From: Candidatus Freyarchaeum deiterrae
Lineage (GTDB): Archaea; Asgardarchaeota; Jordiarchaeia; Jordiarchaeales; Jordiarchaeaceae
Assembly (NCBI GenBank): GCA_037305845.1
Contig: CP147778.1
Location: forward strand, 320,001 to 384,000
Direction: 5' to 3'
DNA length: 64,000 nt
How positions within the stretch are numbered: the first letter of the stretch is position 1; each line of letters starts with the position of its first letter. Positions 47,601 to 56,187 of this stretch are shown here, piece after piece. The position numbers were made by a program, and so were the translations under genes. The notes under the pieces are model-generated. The model was given only the letters and a program-made list of their open reading frames with translations, was not told the origin of the DNA and did no database searches.

Positions 47601-48650
47601 ATGGGTAATACGACCCTTGTGACTGTGAAATTCTTTGCACTAAATATTACGAATAGTTCAAGAGTAGTTAACATGAGTTCACCGCACAAGGAAACCTTTG
47701 TTGTGACAAACGTAGATACAGCTATTACCACTGATATCGGTTATGGCCCAAATCAGTATTGGAACGCCTCAGCACAAATGGGCATAGAGCTCACACTTAA
47801 TCTCACAGCACCGGTTAAAATAAGCATTATAAAACCCATAAACAACCCAGGGGGAAGTGCATCCTCAGGCTTGAACTTTCTAAGATTTGTTTCCATCGAG
47901 GCGAACGACACCAATCCGATTCAGAAAATCGGAATAACGATACACTACACAGATAGCCTCCTCATAGAAGAAAACTCCTTAGCGTTATGGTACTGGAACA
48001 CAACCTCAGGAAACTGGATTATGCTCCCAAGCACTATAGACCCGCAAAATAACATTGTGACTTCATATACTGATCATCTGACCAATTTCGCTTTAATGGG
48101 AAGTACATCGTACCTTCCACTCCTACCACTCCTCCTCCTGCTTACGCCCAGCGGCCTAAATCCACTGGTTTACCTGGCTCTGGGCTTGGTTGCGGTTGGA
48201 GTGGTCACAGTTGCGGCGCTGGGATTACGGAGAAGAAGAGAAGAACAAGTTCCTAAGACGGAAGCTCCAACCAGATACGCAAGTACCCGAACTCCCCAGA
48301 AAAGTCCAACCAAATACGCGAGAACTCAAACTTCTCGAAGAAAGAAAATTGTGGAAGTTCCTGAGCAGGAAATGGCACTTAAGTTTAGTTGGCCAACACC
48401 TGCTCCCGAAAAACCGAGGTGTGTATACTGCGGCCTCGAGGTTCCAGAGAATGCCAACTACTGCCCCAGATGTCATGGGATCATTGCGCATTGCTCCGTG
48501 TGTAGTCAGAACATCGCTTCAGGAGACCGTTTCCTAGAGTGCCCCCACTGCGGTACCCTGAGTCACAGGGACCACCTGTTAGAGTGGATCAAGGTGAAGG
48601 GGTACTGTCCAAGTTGCAAGAATAAATTGAGGGAATCAGACTTCGATTAG
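44676..48650 (+). CDS. Paralogous surface glycoprotein: PbH1 beta-helix blocks, TM, cytoplasmic zinc ribbon and RING-like finger
   Basis: Signal/anchor, NNTLSGNTANNN repeats, TM followed by RRRR, CVYC..CPRC, CSVC-x12-CPHC-x4-H-x2-H-LLEW-x6-CPSC. Confidence 0.85.
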   Translation: MGDDHMRVRSTRKEAFTIVVLAAILLTGAVVLTSTSIQSQNQKTYPLINAYMQGGSQGSPPIILPKMNIDSSRILNGSVYTETIIVLADNIVIDGNGSTVQGSGSGSGCGFNLTGRSNVTIFNVTVTGWDYGFYLQQSSNNNLSGNTANNNTWSGFLLQSNSNNNTLSSNIANNNGEGFLLQSNSNNNFTNNTANNNNGDGFVLASSSYNTLSGNTANNNGYQGFWLVTSSYNNTLSGNTANNNGLDGFPLYSSSYNTLSGNTANNNYEDGFDLYNSSNNILSSNNATNNKWDGFDLLSSSNNNTLGGNNATNNMYGFSLWSSANYNNLSGNKAINNTYSFYLETGSSGNDFTGSFVANYLRVQVLYYNGDAMQGADVKVEVDGNPVYASLGFGGSNSTSDQYGLTDWIFVPYGIFNNVTLVQNTTNVTVNFTVLSFTNNNRTVNMSSPHTETFTATPIIWEDTSINGSQNISNIDIILNGNLTIASGGSLTLTNVHLSVNCTTNGEHSIVVQGGGALYMNDTDGNPNTRNDATKITAYTQDNAHNFLFWVQPGATFQMNNSEIHYCGYDNWPNMDCLGPCINTNNTIIENNTFSNNYYGIVLQNAYYNTIRNNNATNNSYEGFFLDSSSNNQLINNTAANNNWNGFILYSGSNSNNLSGNTANSNGNNGFHLENGSNNLLSGNTAAYNTGADFYLNSSSYNTLSGNTAATVEIYNIPVNITIVANPTTDYILRYHGLSVDQPLPDDFWNYYPLYIIQTTSSSFTYTTIQNFSSGSHYVEYASSGYVTNYAWHARIYINNVLVAEGDVGRSNHLIAYFDATNNSQYGFYLNSSLYNTLSGNTANNNTWSGFYLRYSSNNTISGNNASNNYYGFFLYSSLNNTIMGNNAVNNTNGFYLDSGSTGNDLTGSVVVNYLCVEVLGQTGGVVQGADVKIEVDGNTMYASPGFGGSNSTTDRNGLTDWILFPYQTCVGGTWMGNTTLVTVKFFALNITNSSRVVNMSSPHKETFVVTNVDTAITTDIGYGPNQYWNASAQMGIELTLNLTAPVKISIIKPINNPGGSASSGLNFLRFVSIEANDTNPIQKIGITIHYTDSLLIEENSLALWYWNTTSGNWIMLPSTIDPQNNIVTSYTDHLTNFALMGSTSYLPLLPLLLLLTPSGLNPLVYLALGLVAVGVVTVAALGLRRRREEQVPKTEAPTRYASTRTPQKSPTKYARTQTSRRKKIVEVPEQEMALKFSWPTPAPEKPRCVYCGLEVPENANYCPRCHGIIAHCSVCSQNIASGDRFLECPHCGTLSHRDHLLEWIKVKGYCPSCKNKLRESDFD

Positions 48651-48907
48651 AACCTTAACTTTTGAATTAACCAAAGTTTTCTATTTCCTCTTTTTTATTT
48701 GAGGTGCTTATTGAAGATTAAGTTGTCATTCAATCTGCGATTGAAAAATTAGAGAATTGGAAAAAATTTAATTTATACTTTAGTGTTCACCTTTGGATAC
48801 TTGTTAGGGTTTCTTTATTTTATCATTTTTGGGAAAGATTATTTCCGTTTTTTGTCGGAAATCTTTCCGAGTATTATCTCATAATAGGGGGATGTGTTTG
48901 GTGTTTT

Positions 48908-49885
48908 TTATTCTAGTCCCGCTTCTTTGTATCGTTTTAGTGTTAACTGGGCGTCTTTTGCTATGGCTTCGTCGTTTAGTGCTTGGGTTAATGGTTTTAC
49001 TGCGTTTTTGCTCACTAGGTCTCTTTTCGCGTATAGGGCGAGTAGTCTGGCTGCTGCTTTTCGGATGTCTTCGTGTTTGTCTTTTAGTAGTTTTGCAGAT
49101 GCGTCTACGGCTTTCTCGTCTGTGAGGTTTTTATTCGCGTAGATTACCAGTGTTTCTGCTGCGTTTTCCCTCACATCTTCGTCCTTGTCTTTTAGGAGTT
49201 TGACCAGCCTCTCCATCGCTTTTTCGTCTGTGAATCCTTTCTCGGCGTAGATTCCCACAGTCATAGCGTCGTTCATTCTCACTCCGTTTTCGATGTCTTT
49301 GAGCCCGTTAATCAGTTTTTCTAGTACCTTTTCGTCTGTCACGCCTTTTTCGGCGTAGTTTAGAACGGCGTAGGAGGCGTTTCTGCGCACGCTTGCGTTA
49401 TTATCGTCCATCAGGGCGACTATTTTTTCAAACGCGTCTTTGACCATAGAATTTTTTTCCGCGAAGAAACCGAGTATTAGGACGCCGTTAGCTCTTACTT
49501 TCTCAAATTTGTTCTCTAGCATTTGTAGGAGCATGTCCTTACTTAGGTCACGATTACTAACGAGGTTTGCTCCGGCGTAAACGGTGAGAGCCATGGTTGT
49601 ATTGATGAGAACATCTATTTCTTTGTCATCCAACATTTTTATCAGAGGATTGATAGCCTTTTCGTTGAATAGTTGTTGTTTACCGTATTTGGCTATTGTC
49701 CAGGCGGACATGCTTCTAGCCTTTTTATCTTTGTCACTTAAAAACGGTATAAGAAGAATTAGTGCCTTCTCATTGAATTCACCCTTGTTAGCATATTTAG
49801 CGGTTTTAAGCAGGGCAGTATAGCGTTTTTTGTCCTTCTTATTCTGAAGGGCAGCTAAGAGTTTCTCTACTTTTTCACTGCTCAA
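48908..49885 (-). CDS. HEAT-repeat protein
   Basis: Repeated L..LL.D.D..VR..AA..L units of about 38 aa. Confidence 0.85.
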   Translation of the reverse strand: MSSEKVEKLLAALQNKKDKKRYTALLKTAKYANKGEFNEKALILLIPFLSDKDKKARSMSAWTIAKYGKQQLFNEKAINPLIKMLDDKEIDVLINTTMALTVYAGANLVSNRDLSKDMLLQMLENKFEKVRANGVLILGFFAEKNSMVKDAFEKIVALMDDNNASVRRNASYAVLNYAEKGVTDEKVLEKLINGLKDIENGVRMNDAMTVGIYAEKGFTDEKAMERLVKLLKDKDEDVRENAAETLVIYANKNLTDEKAVDASAKLLKDKHEDIRKAAARLLALYAKRDLVSKNAVKPLTQALNDEAIAKDAQLTLKRYKEAGLE

Positions 49886-50178
49886 TTTTTTAACCTCCGT
49901 TTAAGGTGGACTTCTTTACCCGCTTTCTGGATAACATAATGCGGAATACGTTTTAATATCCTTCTGCTTACAAAAGCTTTTCGCATGGTAAATTCTAGAA
50001 ATATTTGCTGAATAAAAGGCGAAACGAAAAATTCCTCTATTAAATTGACCCCGAACTGAATAGTTATGATGAAAGAGAAATATGGATTTGAGAATGGAAA
50101 AAATCTATCTTTCTTGATTTTACTAAGCTATGAAAAAATTTTGAAATAATTAAAAAAAAGAATGTGATGAGTGGGGTA

Positions 50179-50538
50179 TTATACTAGGACAGATGTTGCA
50201 ATTTGCATGAATGGAAATTGTTCGTGTGCGTTTCCCATTATTAAAAGCTTCCAAGCGTCTCGAACGGCGCCGACCTTAATTTTGCCCTCAATTATGCCTT
50301 GGAGAGTCGCTTCGTCGGATCTGAAAATCAGTTCCGGGCTGGGATAATCTCCTTCTTTAAGCTTTACACCCTTGCTTGTGAACACGAAATAGTATGCTTT
50401 GGTGAAGCCTTTTAGGTCGCCCACTTGGAACTGGATGATTTTTCCATAGTAATGGGGGCTAATCCACTGTTTCACGGCGTCCATGGCTTTGGCGTTCATG
50501 TTTTTTGCTAATTTTTCTAGGAACTCTTTTAGAGCCAT
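50179..50538 (-). CDS. SCP2 sterol/lipid-binding domain protein
   Basis: IQFQV...YYFVF...LKEGDYPSPELIFRSD...LLIMGN fits SCP2 pattern. Confidence 0.7.
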   Translation of the reverse strand: MALKEFLEKLAKNMNAKAMDAVKQWISPHYYGKIIQFQVGDLKGFTKAYYFVFTSKGVKLKEGDYPSPELIFRSDEATLQGIIEGKIKVGAVRDAWKLLIMGNAHEQFPFMQIATSVLV

Positions 50539-50822
50539 TACTTACCCCTCACCTTCTTAATCCAATCCTCAGCTGCCGCCCTGACTGCGGCTTCGACATT
50601 GTTCGCCCCGATATTGCCATAAGTCGTCTCGACGGCTTCAAGGAATTTCTTGTAGAACTCGTACTCCCAGCGTACAACTATTCTTCCCTTCTTATTCTCT
50701 ACCAAGCTCTCACCTAAGAACCCGGACTCTTCCCTGAACAAGTCGTATTCTATGTCTTCTAGTTTTAGTGCAGGATAGGCGATGAATTCGGATCCTGGTG
50801 CATAACCCTTATACTTAGGCAT
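50538..50822 (-). CDS. Hypothetical protein with C-terminal ribbon-helix-helix-like segment
   Basis: RIVVRW..EFYKKF...YG...VEAAVRAAAEDWIKK; translationally coupled to SCP2 gene. Confidence 0.55.
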   Translation of the reverse strand: MPKYKGYAPGSEFIAYPALKLEDIEYDLFREESGFLGESLVENKKGRIVVRWEYEFYKKFLEAVETTYGNIGANNVEAAVRAAAEDWIKKVRGK

Positions 50823-50830
50823 AAACTAAC

Positions 50831-51082
50831 TCACCTCGATAACTTTTCCAACTCCTCAGCGCTTAGAACGATCTGACCGGTGATGTAGGGCCACTGAATC
50901 AAGAAGATTTTACCACTATTTGGAGCGGGCCCGTAGAAAACGTAGCCGCCCTTATTTTTTATATACTCTTCAAGAATGAACTTGCAAACGGTTTCCAAAG
51001 GCACATCTAAGATTTCCGAGTGATTTTTTAGAGCTTTAACCGCATCGTCGTCTAACTCAACTTCAACTTTCACGGCAAACAC
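50831..51082 (-). CDS. Hypothetical protein with N-terminal ribbon-helix-helix-like segment
   Basis: VKVEVELDDDAVKAL...LETVCKFILEEYIK; operonic spacing. Confidence 0.55.
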   Translation of the reverse strand: MFAVKVEVELDDDAVKALKNHSEILDVPLETVCKFILEEYIKNKGGYVFYGPAPNSGKIFLIQWPYITGQIVLSAEELEKLSR

Positions 51083-51085
51083 CTC

Positions 51086-51823
51086 TCACTTTTTATCCTC
51101 AAGAAAAGCTTTTCTTATCCAGGGGTTACCCCATCTTTCCTTGCAGAATAAGCCCTCCATAGGAATTCTAGAGGGACCGATCATTCTTTCTTCGCCTCTA
51201 ACACCAATACTCAGTGTTGCTACTGGATCCCAATTACGAGGTATTCCTAGCTTGTCCGCGATTATTTCCATTCTTCTAGGATCCATAATCGGGAAAGCCT
51301 CGTAACCAGCAGCATAGCCCAAACTGGTAGCCATAGTCCACATTGCGAAAATTGCCATGCCCACACAGACTGAGCCATAATGTTTCATAAGATAATTTAT
51401 GGTGGAATCATGGAATGACTCTGAGCCACAACCAATGATTACTACGTCCGCATTCCGTGGATAATCAAACAGACTTCCGTCACGCATCTCTGTAAAAGTC
51501 CAGGGACGGCGTTCTGGAGGGATATACCATATGCGGCCTTGCGTCAACTCTGCGGGATGTTGTCCGAAGGTTTCTTTTGCGGCTTCTCTGGCTATGTCTG
51601 CTATCAAATTTTTCATTTCCTGATCATCGCGTATCACGACGAATCGGTACATCTGCATGTTTTCAGGGCTAGGCGTGTAGCGAGCCGCGTCGAGTATTCT
51701 CTCAACGTCTTCGTCAGGTATGCGTTCACCAGTGTATCTTCTCATGGATCTTCTTAATCTAATGGCGTCCTCTAACCTTTCAGCCCGATTAGGGCTTGGT
51801 TTACCATACTTTTTCTCAGACAA
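51086..51823 (-). CDS. Nitroreductase family flavoprotein
   Basis: IRLRRSMRRY, ARYTPSPENMQ, ATSLGY, LSIG. Confidence 0.88.
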   Translation of the reverse strand: MSEKKYGKPSPNRAERLEDAIRLRRSMRRYTGERIPDEDVERILDAARYTPSPENMQMYRFVVIRDDQEMKNLIADIAREAAKETFGQHPAELTQGRIWYIPPERRPWTFTEMRDGSLFDYPRNADVVIIGCGSESFHDSTINYLMKHYGSVCVGMAIFAMWTMATSLGYAAGYEAFPIMDPRRMEIIADKLGIPRNWDPVATLSIGVRGEERMIGPSRIPMEGLFCKERWGNPWIRKAFLEDKK

Positions 51824-52053
51824 ATTTCCTCACCCTATTTTCTAACCTAAAGTTTGACTCCATTTTGGTAATAGTTTATTACTAATAAGGTTATTAAAAA
51901 TACCGATGTATATAATTTATTATTGAGCTTATTTAATTTTTCACACAAATATAGTTAAGCCAATTTACCGGATATAACTCCACAATTTCTTTCCCTATAC
52001 GAAAAATTTCAAAAAAGGATAAAGTTACACAAAAAAATATAAAATTTTTATAG

Positions 52054-52623
52054 GTGTTTTTTAATATGAGAGTAAGGTGGCTTGGTAATTCTTGTGTTGA
52101 ACTCCTTGGGAGTAAGCATTTTTTGATTGATCCTAATTTTCTTGTGGAGCCGGAAAATGGTGTGGAACAGGTTTTTGTAACCCATGAGCACGTTGACCAC
52201 TTTGACATCCAAAAATTCGGAAAGTTGAATGCAAGGCTCGTTGCGCCATACCCTGTTTTGAGTATGTACAACCTATATGGTGAGAGGGCCGAGGCTGGGA
52301 GGGAGTTTGACGGTGTTAAAATTTTTGAGAGTTGGTGTTTGAAATCCGAGGAAAGCGTTAGCTACTTTTATGAGGGCGTTCTTCATTCTGGTGATTCAGC
52401 TAGATTTCCAGAGGTGGAGGATGTTAAGCTTGTCTTTACTGCTTGTTTCCCAGATTTTTATGCGGATTATGTTAGCGCTTTCAAGAGAATGAAGCCGGGA
52501 ATAGTAATACCTTTTCATTTCTCAGAACAGAAGAGATATATCGCCGAGGATTTGAGGAAGAGATTAGAAAAAGAAAGAATCGATTGCAGAATTCTCAGAG
52601 TTGGAGAGCCAATTGAGATTTGA
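52054..52623 (+). CDS. Metallo-beta-lactamase fold hydrolase
   Basis: WLGNS, LIDP, THEHVDH, HSGD, IPFH. Confidence 0.85.
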   Translation: MFFNMRVRWLGNSCVELLGSKHFLIDPNFLVEPENGVEQVFVTHEHVDHFDIQKFGKLNARLVAPYPVLSMYNLYGERAEAGREFDGVKIFESWCLKSEESVSYFYEGVLHSGDSARFPEVEDVKLVFTACFPDFYADYVSAFKRMKPGIVIPFHFSEQKRYIAEDLRKRLEKERIDCRILRVGEPIEI

Positions 52624-52793
52624 AAAACAATCTGAAGCATAGCCCTTGTTGAAGAAAAGTTTTTAGCAGCTTTAATCCCACTCTCAATTGTTTAACCATT
52701 CACTGCACAGCGCATCTCATCAAGTGTAGATCAGTCAGGGTTTTAGCAAAAAAATGAAATTATTCCGGGCCGCCTTTTTTTAAAAAATAGATT

Positions 52794-52815
52794 TTTCAGG
52801 GGAATTCCCCTGAAA
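52794..52815. terminator. Perfect 22-bp palindrome between convergent genes
   Basis: TTTCAGGGGAATTCCCCTGAAA, about 10 nt past the stop of the 7TM gene. Confidence 0.55.
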
Positions 52816-52824
52816 CGTTTGATT

Positions 52825-53646
52825 TCATTTTTTAGGCTTGGCTTTGGTTCCCGGTGTTTTTTCGCCTACTAATCTTCGGAACCAGTTCGGTAGGACGTAT
52901 CCAATGTATGCGAATATGCTTGCTATTAGTCCCATGGTCCACGCGATGGGTACGTATATACTCCAGCCTTCTGTGAGTACTGCCTCTATGAAAAAGAACA
53001 CGAAGAATAGTGCCAGGAAAACAGAGGTCAGAGCAATCATTACGAAGCCGTAGCGGGATAATTTCTTATCGCTCTCTCTGAATGCTTTTACTGCCAGGTA
53101 TATTAACGGGATGTATGTCATCAATCCAACTATCGTTGCTAGTATAAAGCTTGATGTAACATTGAAAAATATTAGGGGGTAAATGAACAATGGTGCAAAG
53201 GCTGCTGAGTAGAGGGCCATCCATTTTCTCTTTTTCTGAAGAAATGCTTCGAGACTGAACGCGTATAGGAAAAGATTTGCCAGGTCAGCCAGTGCGAAGG
53301 AGAATGTGAAAATGTAAATGGAACCCGTTAGCCATCCCTGGGTAAGGATTATGAACCAGTCTGAAAGATTAGAGTAGAAGTGCCCTAGAATCCTGAAAGG
53401 AAACACGTAGCCATCGTATATCCAATCCTGGATAAGTATGGGATAAATTGACAGGTGGTTGATGTGACTCCAAGCAACAAAGAACGCCGCAAGAGCAAAG
53501 AGAATAAAGGTAAGGGCCAAATAAATCAGGGCGATTTTCCGTACTTTCCAAAACCGCCAAATGAAATTAGCACTGACGAAGAGCACAAGCGCAGTTATTA
53601 GGAACTCATAATAAATTAGGTATACTAGATAATCAGGTGTTAACAT
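52825..53646 (-). CDS. Stand-alone seven-TM membrane protein
   Basis: Seven hydrophobic segments by inspection; basic C-terminal tail after YIGYVLPNWF. Confidence 0.75.
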   Translation of the reverse strand: MLTPDYLVYLIYYEFLITALVLFVSANFIWRFWKVRKIALIYLALTFILFALAAFFVAWSHINHLSIYPILIQDWIYDGYVFPFRILGHFYSNLSDWFIILTQGWLTGSIYIFTFSFALADLANLFLYAFSLEAFLQKKRKWMALYSAAFAPLFIYPLIFFNVTSSFILATIVGLMTYIPLIYLAVKAFRESDKKLSRYGFVMIALTSVFLALFFVFFFIEAVLTEGWSIYVPIAWTMGLIASIFAYIGYVLPNWFRRLVGEKTPGTKAKPKK

Positions 53647-53827
53647 CTTTCTAACCTCACTTGCTTTAAACTCTAAAAATAGAAAATTAATTTGATTTAA
53701 TTAAATTAATGAATTAATAGTATTTAAAATTTTTTAGAAAAAGTTAAAGAATTGTAAAAAAATTGTATTTTTTTATTATTAATGGGAGTGTCTCAGTTGA
53801 AGTGCTTTAATCATTTGAACCGCTTCT

Positions 53828-55243
53828 TCAACTGTATGGTTTAGTGGAACATTGTTTATCTTCACCATGTCGCATTTTCAGACCTTTGACCATTTGAACC
53901 GCTTCTTCAACGGTGTGGGCTACTGGCACATTGTTTATTTCGAATCCTTCGATGATTATATCATATTTTAGGAGCCAGGGAACATAGGCTACCACTGGTT
54001 TGCCATACTCTTGGGCTATGTTTGATAAGCGACGTCCTATCTGCATAGTGATTGTGGGTGGATACGGGAATGTGAGAACAATAACCGCTTCAACTTTTTC
54101 TTGTTTGAGTAAGTATTCGAACACCTTTTCCACATCTGGATCCTCTGCGCTTCCGGTGAGATCTATGGGGTTTGTTACTGTGGCTATGCGCGCCGCCGTG
54201 GGGTTAATCAACTGTCTCATTTCCTTCTGTTCTTCTTCTGTAAACTCCACTAGGTTTAGGCCGTATTTGGCTATCAAATCCGCGCAGATTACTCCGTGTC
54301 CTCCCGAAACCGTTACTACGGCCACGTTTCCGTTTTTTATAGGTTTGGAGCATAATGAAAGTATCTTCGCGAAACTGATTATTTCCTGTTCGCTTTCCGC
54401 TTCTACGATTCCGTACTGCTTAAAAATGTCTGAGGCTAATTGAGGGGATGCTGCGACTGAACTCGTATGAGACATGGCAGCCCTCTGACCGCCAGCAGTT
54501 TTTCCCGCTCTGTACACTATGATGTTTTTATTTTCCGTGAATTCCTTTGACGCATCGAGAAATCTTCTACCTTCTCCGGGCCTAAATCCCTCCAAATACA
54601 TGGCCACAGTCTGAGTCCTTTTATCATTAAGGAAATACTCCATGAGAATTGCTTCATCCACCACCGCCTTATTGCCTATACTTACTGCGGCTGAAACTCC
54701 TATTTTTCTTTCCGCGTATTTGCTTAGAAACTGGTCCACAATAAAGCCGCCACTCTGACTTAATATGGCCACGTTTCCTGGTGGAGGTTTTAGCATCCTT
54801 TCACTAGGTATAAAGAAAGTGTCAACATAAGGTGGGCTGTACACGCCCATACAGTTGGGACCTATAAGAGCAAGATCATACTCGTTCGCTATCTTGACAA
54901 GCTCATTTTGGAGTTCTATTCCACTATCTCCAACCTCCGCAAAGCCTCCCGAGATAACAATTGCTCCTCCGATACCCGCCTTTCCACATTCCTCCAACGC
55001 CGTGTTTACGAGGTCCGCCCGTATGACTATACATGCCAAATCAACCGGGTTGGGAATATCCGTAACCGTTTTATAAATTTCAGTGCCCTCAATGTTTCCT
55101 CCCTTAAGGTTGACCGGTATAGTTTCGACACTCATTTCATGATGATTTTTGTTAAAAATAACTGTCCCAGGATTCAATGGGTCGTTGATTGAAACTCCTA
55201 CAACCGCCATTCTTTTCGGCTCGAAAACTTTTTTGAAGTCCAT
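53828..55243 (-). CDS. ADP-forming acyl-CoA synthetase alpha subunit, second copy
   Basis: MAVVGVS, IGPNCMG, SQSGG, AMSHTSS, NPIDLTG. Confidence 0.9.
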   Translation of the reverse strand: MDFKKVFEPKRMAVVGVSINDPLNPGTVIFNKNHHEMSVETIPVNLKGGNIEGTEIYKTVTDIPNPVDLACIVIRADLVNTALEECGKAGIGGAIVISGGFAEVGDSGIELQNELVKIANEYDLALIGPNCMGVYSPPYVDTFFIPSERMLKPPPGNVAILSQSGGFIVDQFLSKYAERKIGVSAAVSIGNKAVVDEAILMEYFLNDKRTQTVAMYLEGFRPGEGRRFLDASKEFTENKNIIVYRAGKTAGGQRAAMSHTSSVAASPQLASDIFKQYGIVEAESEQEIISFAKILSLCSKPIKNGNVAVVTVSGGHGVICADLIAKYGLNLVEFTEEEQKEMRQLINPTAARIATVTNPIDLTGSAEDPDVEKVFEYLLKQEKVEAVIVLTFPYPPTITMQIGRRLSNIAQEYGKPVVAYVPWLLKYDIIIEGFEINNVPVAHTVEEAVQMVKGLKMRHGEDKQCSTKPYS

Positions 55244-55437
55244 AATATCCGCTCCTCAAATTATACGCAAAACCTCTCCTTGTCATACTCGAACCCAGAT
55301 AATGATGATTTGAAAGAACTGGATGAGTAGTTCTTGCGTGTTTATGTTTTACGGTTATTTTAATGGTATCCTGTATTTATAACGATTATCATTTTTCAGC
55401 CACATGCTTTAAAGAAAGTAATGCTTGTTTGAGAGTT

Positions 55438-56031
55438 TTAGCGTATTTTGCCTCCACATCTGGGGCAGTATACAGTATCTGGAGGTATCCGACGACCGCA
55501 GTACATACAGTACCGATCTGAACCATATTCGGACTCGGTTCTTCTATTCTCTATCCCTTGATCTGTTAAGTCGTTTGGCTGTGGTGAAAGTCTGCTTATA
55601 GCGCTTTCTATTGCTTTTTTAACCGCATATTGTAGGCGTTCAACACCACCCAAAGCTAGGAACACGAACACGAAAAAGACTGTAAAGAAAATTCCATAGT
55701 ATATGAAAAACAAGGAGACAATTACCAGCGCGACTGTTAAAATCAGAGAAAGGACAAGGAGGGTATAATTGTACCCAGCTCTACCTTCGTAAACGATGTT
55801 TGAGCCGCTTTTGTAGATTTGGAGTCTACCCTTTGTATTAATACCAGTGCGTGCCTTCCATTCAAACTGGTTTTTCCTCTTAACGCGGATGCTTTGAGAA
55901 TTCAACTCCTCATTAAGAATCTCAGCGAACTCATCAATTCTACGCCCTTCTTCAGGAATAGAACCGTAAATGTCTTGTTTCATTATTACCCTCCAAGGTC
56001 TTACCCAAGTAAATCTCATAAAACGCATCAT
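55438..56031 (-). CDS. Membrane protein with C-terminal zinc ribbon
   Basis: Two adjacent TM segments; YCMYCG...YCPRCG. Confidence 0.7.
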   Translation of the reverse strand: MMRFMRFTWVRPWRVIMKQDIYGSIPEEGRRIDEFAEILNEELNSQSIRVKRKNQFEWKARTGINTKGRLQIYKSGSNIVYEGRAGYNYTLLVLSLILTVALVIVSLFFIYYGIFFTVFFVFVFLALGGVERLQYAVKKAIESAISRLSPQPNDLTDQGIENRRTESEYGSDRYCMYCGRRIPPDTVYCPRCGGKIR

Positions 56032-56187
56032 TTATTCTTTTTGGGTTTCCAACCCGCATCCATACAAAATATAGTCGGATTTAAAATAAATTAATAGATC
56101 TGCTGGTGTCCGTTTTGTTTAAATAGTATGCTTGATTATTTCTTAGCATAAACTAAATTATCCAAGGGAATTTACAGGGGTGAAAAA

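Noticed and set aside
52799-52810. GGGGAATTCCCC resembles an NF-kB site
   Set aside because: Coincidental core of a palindrome in an archaeal genome; no Rel-like protein evident
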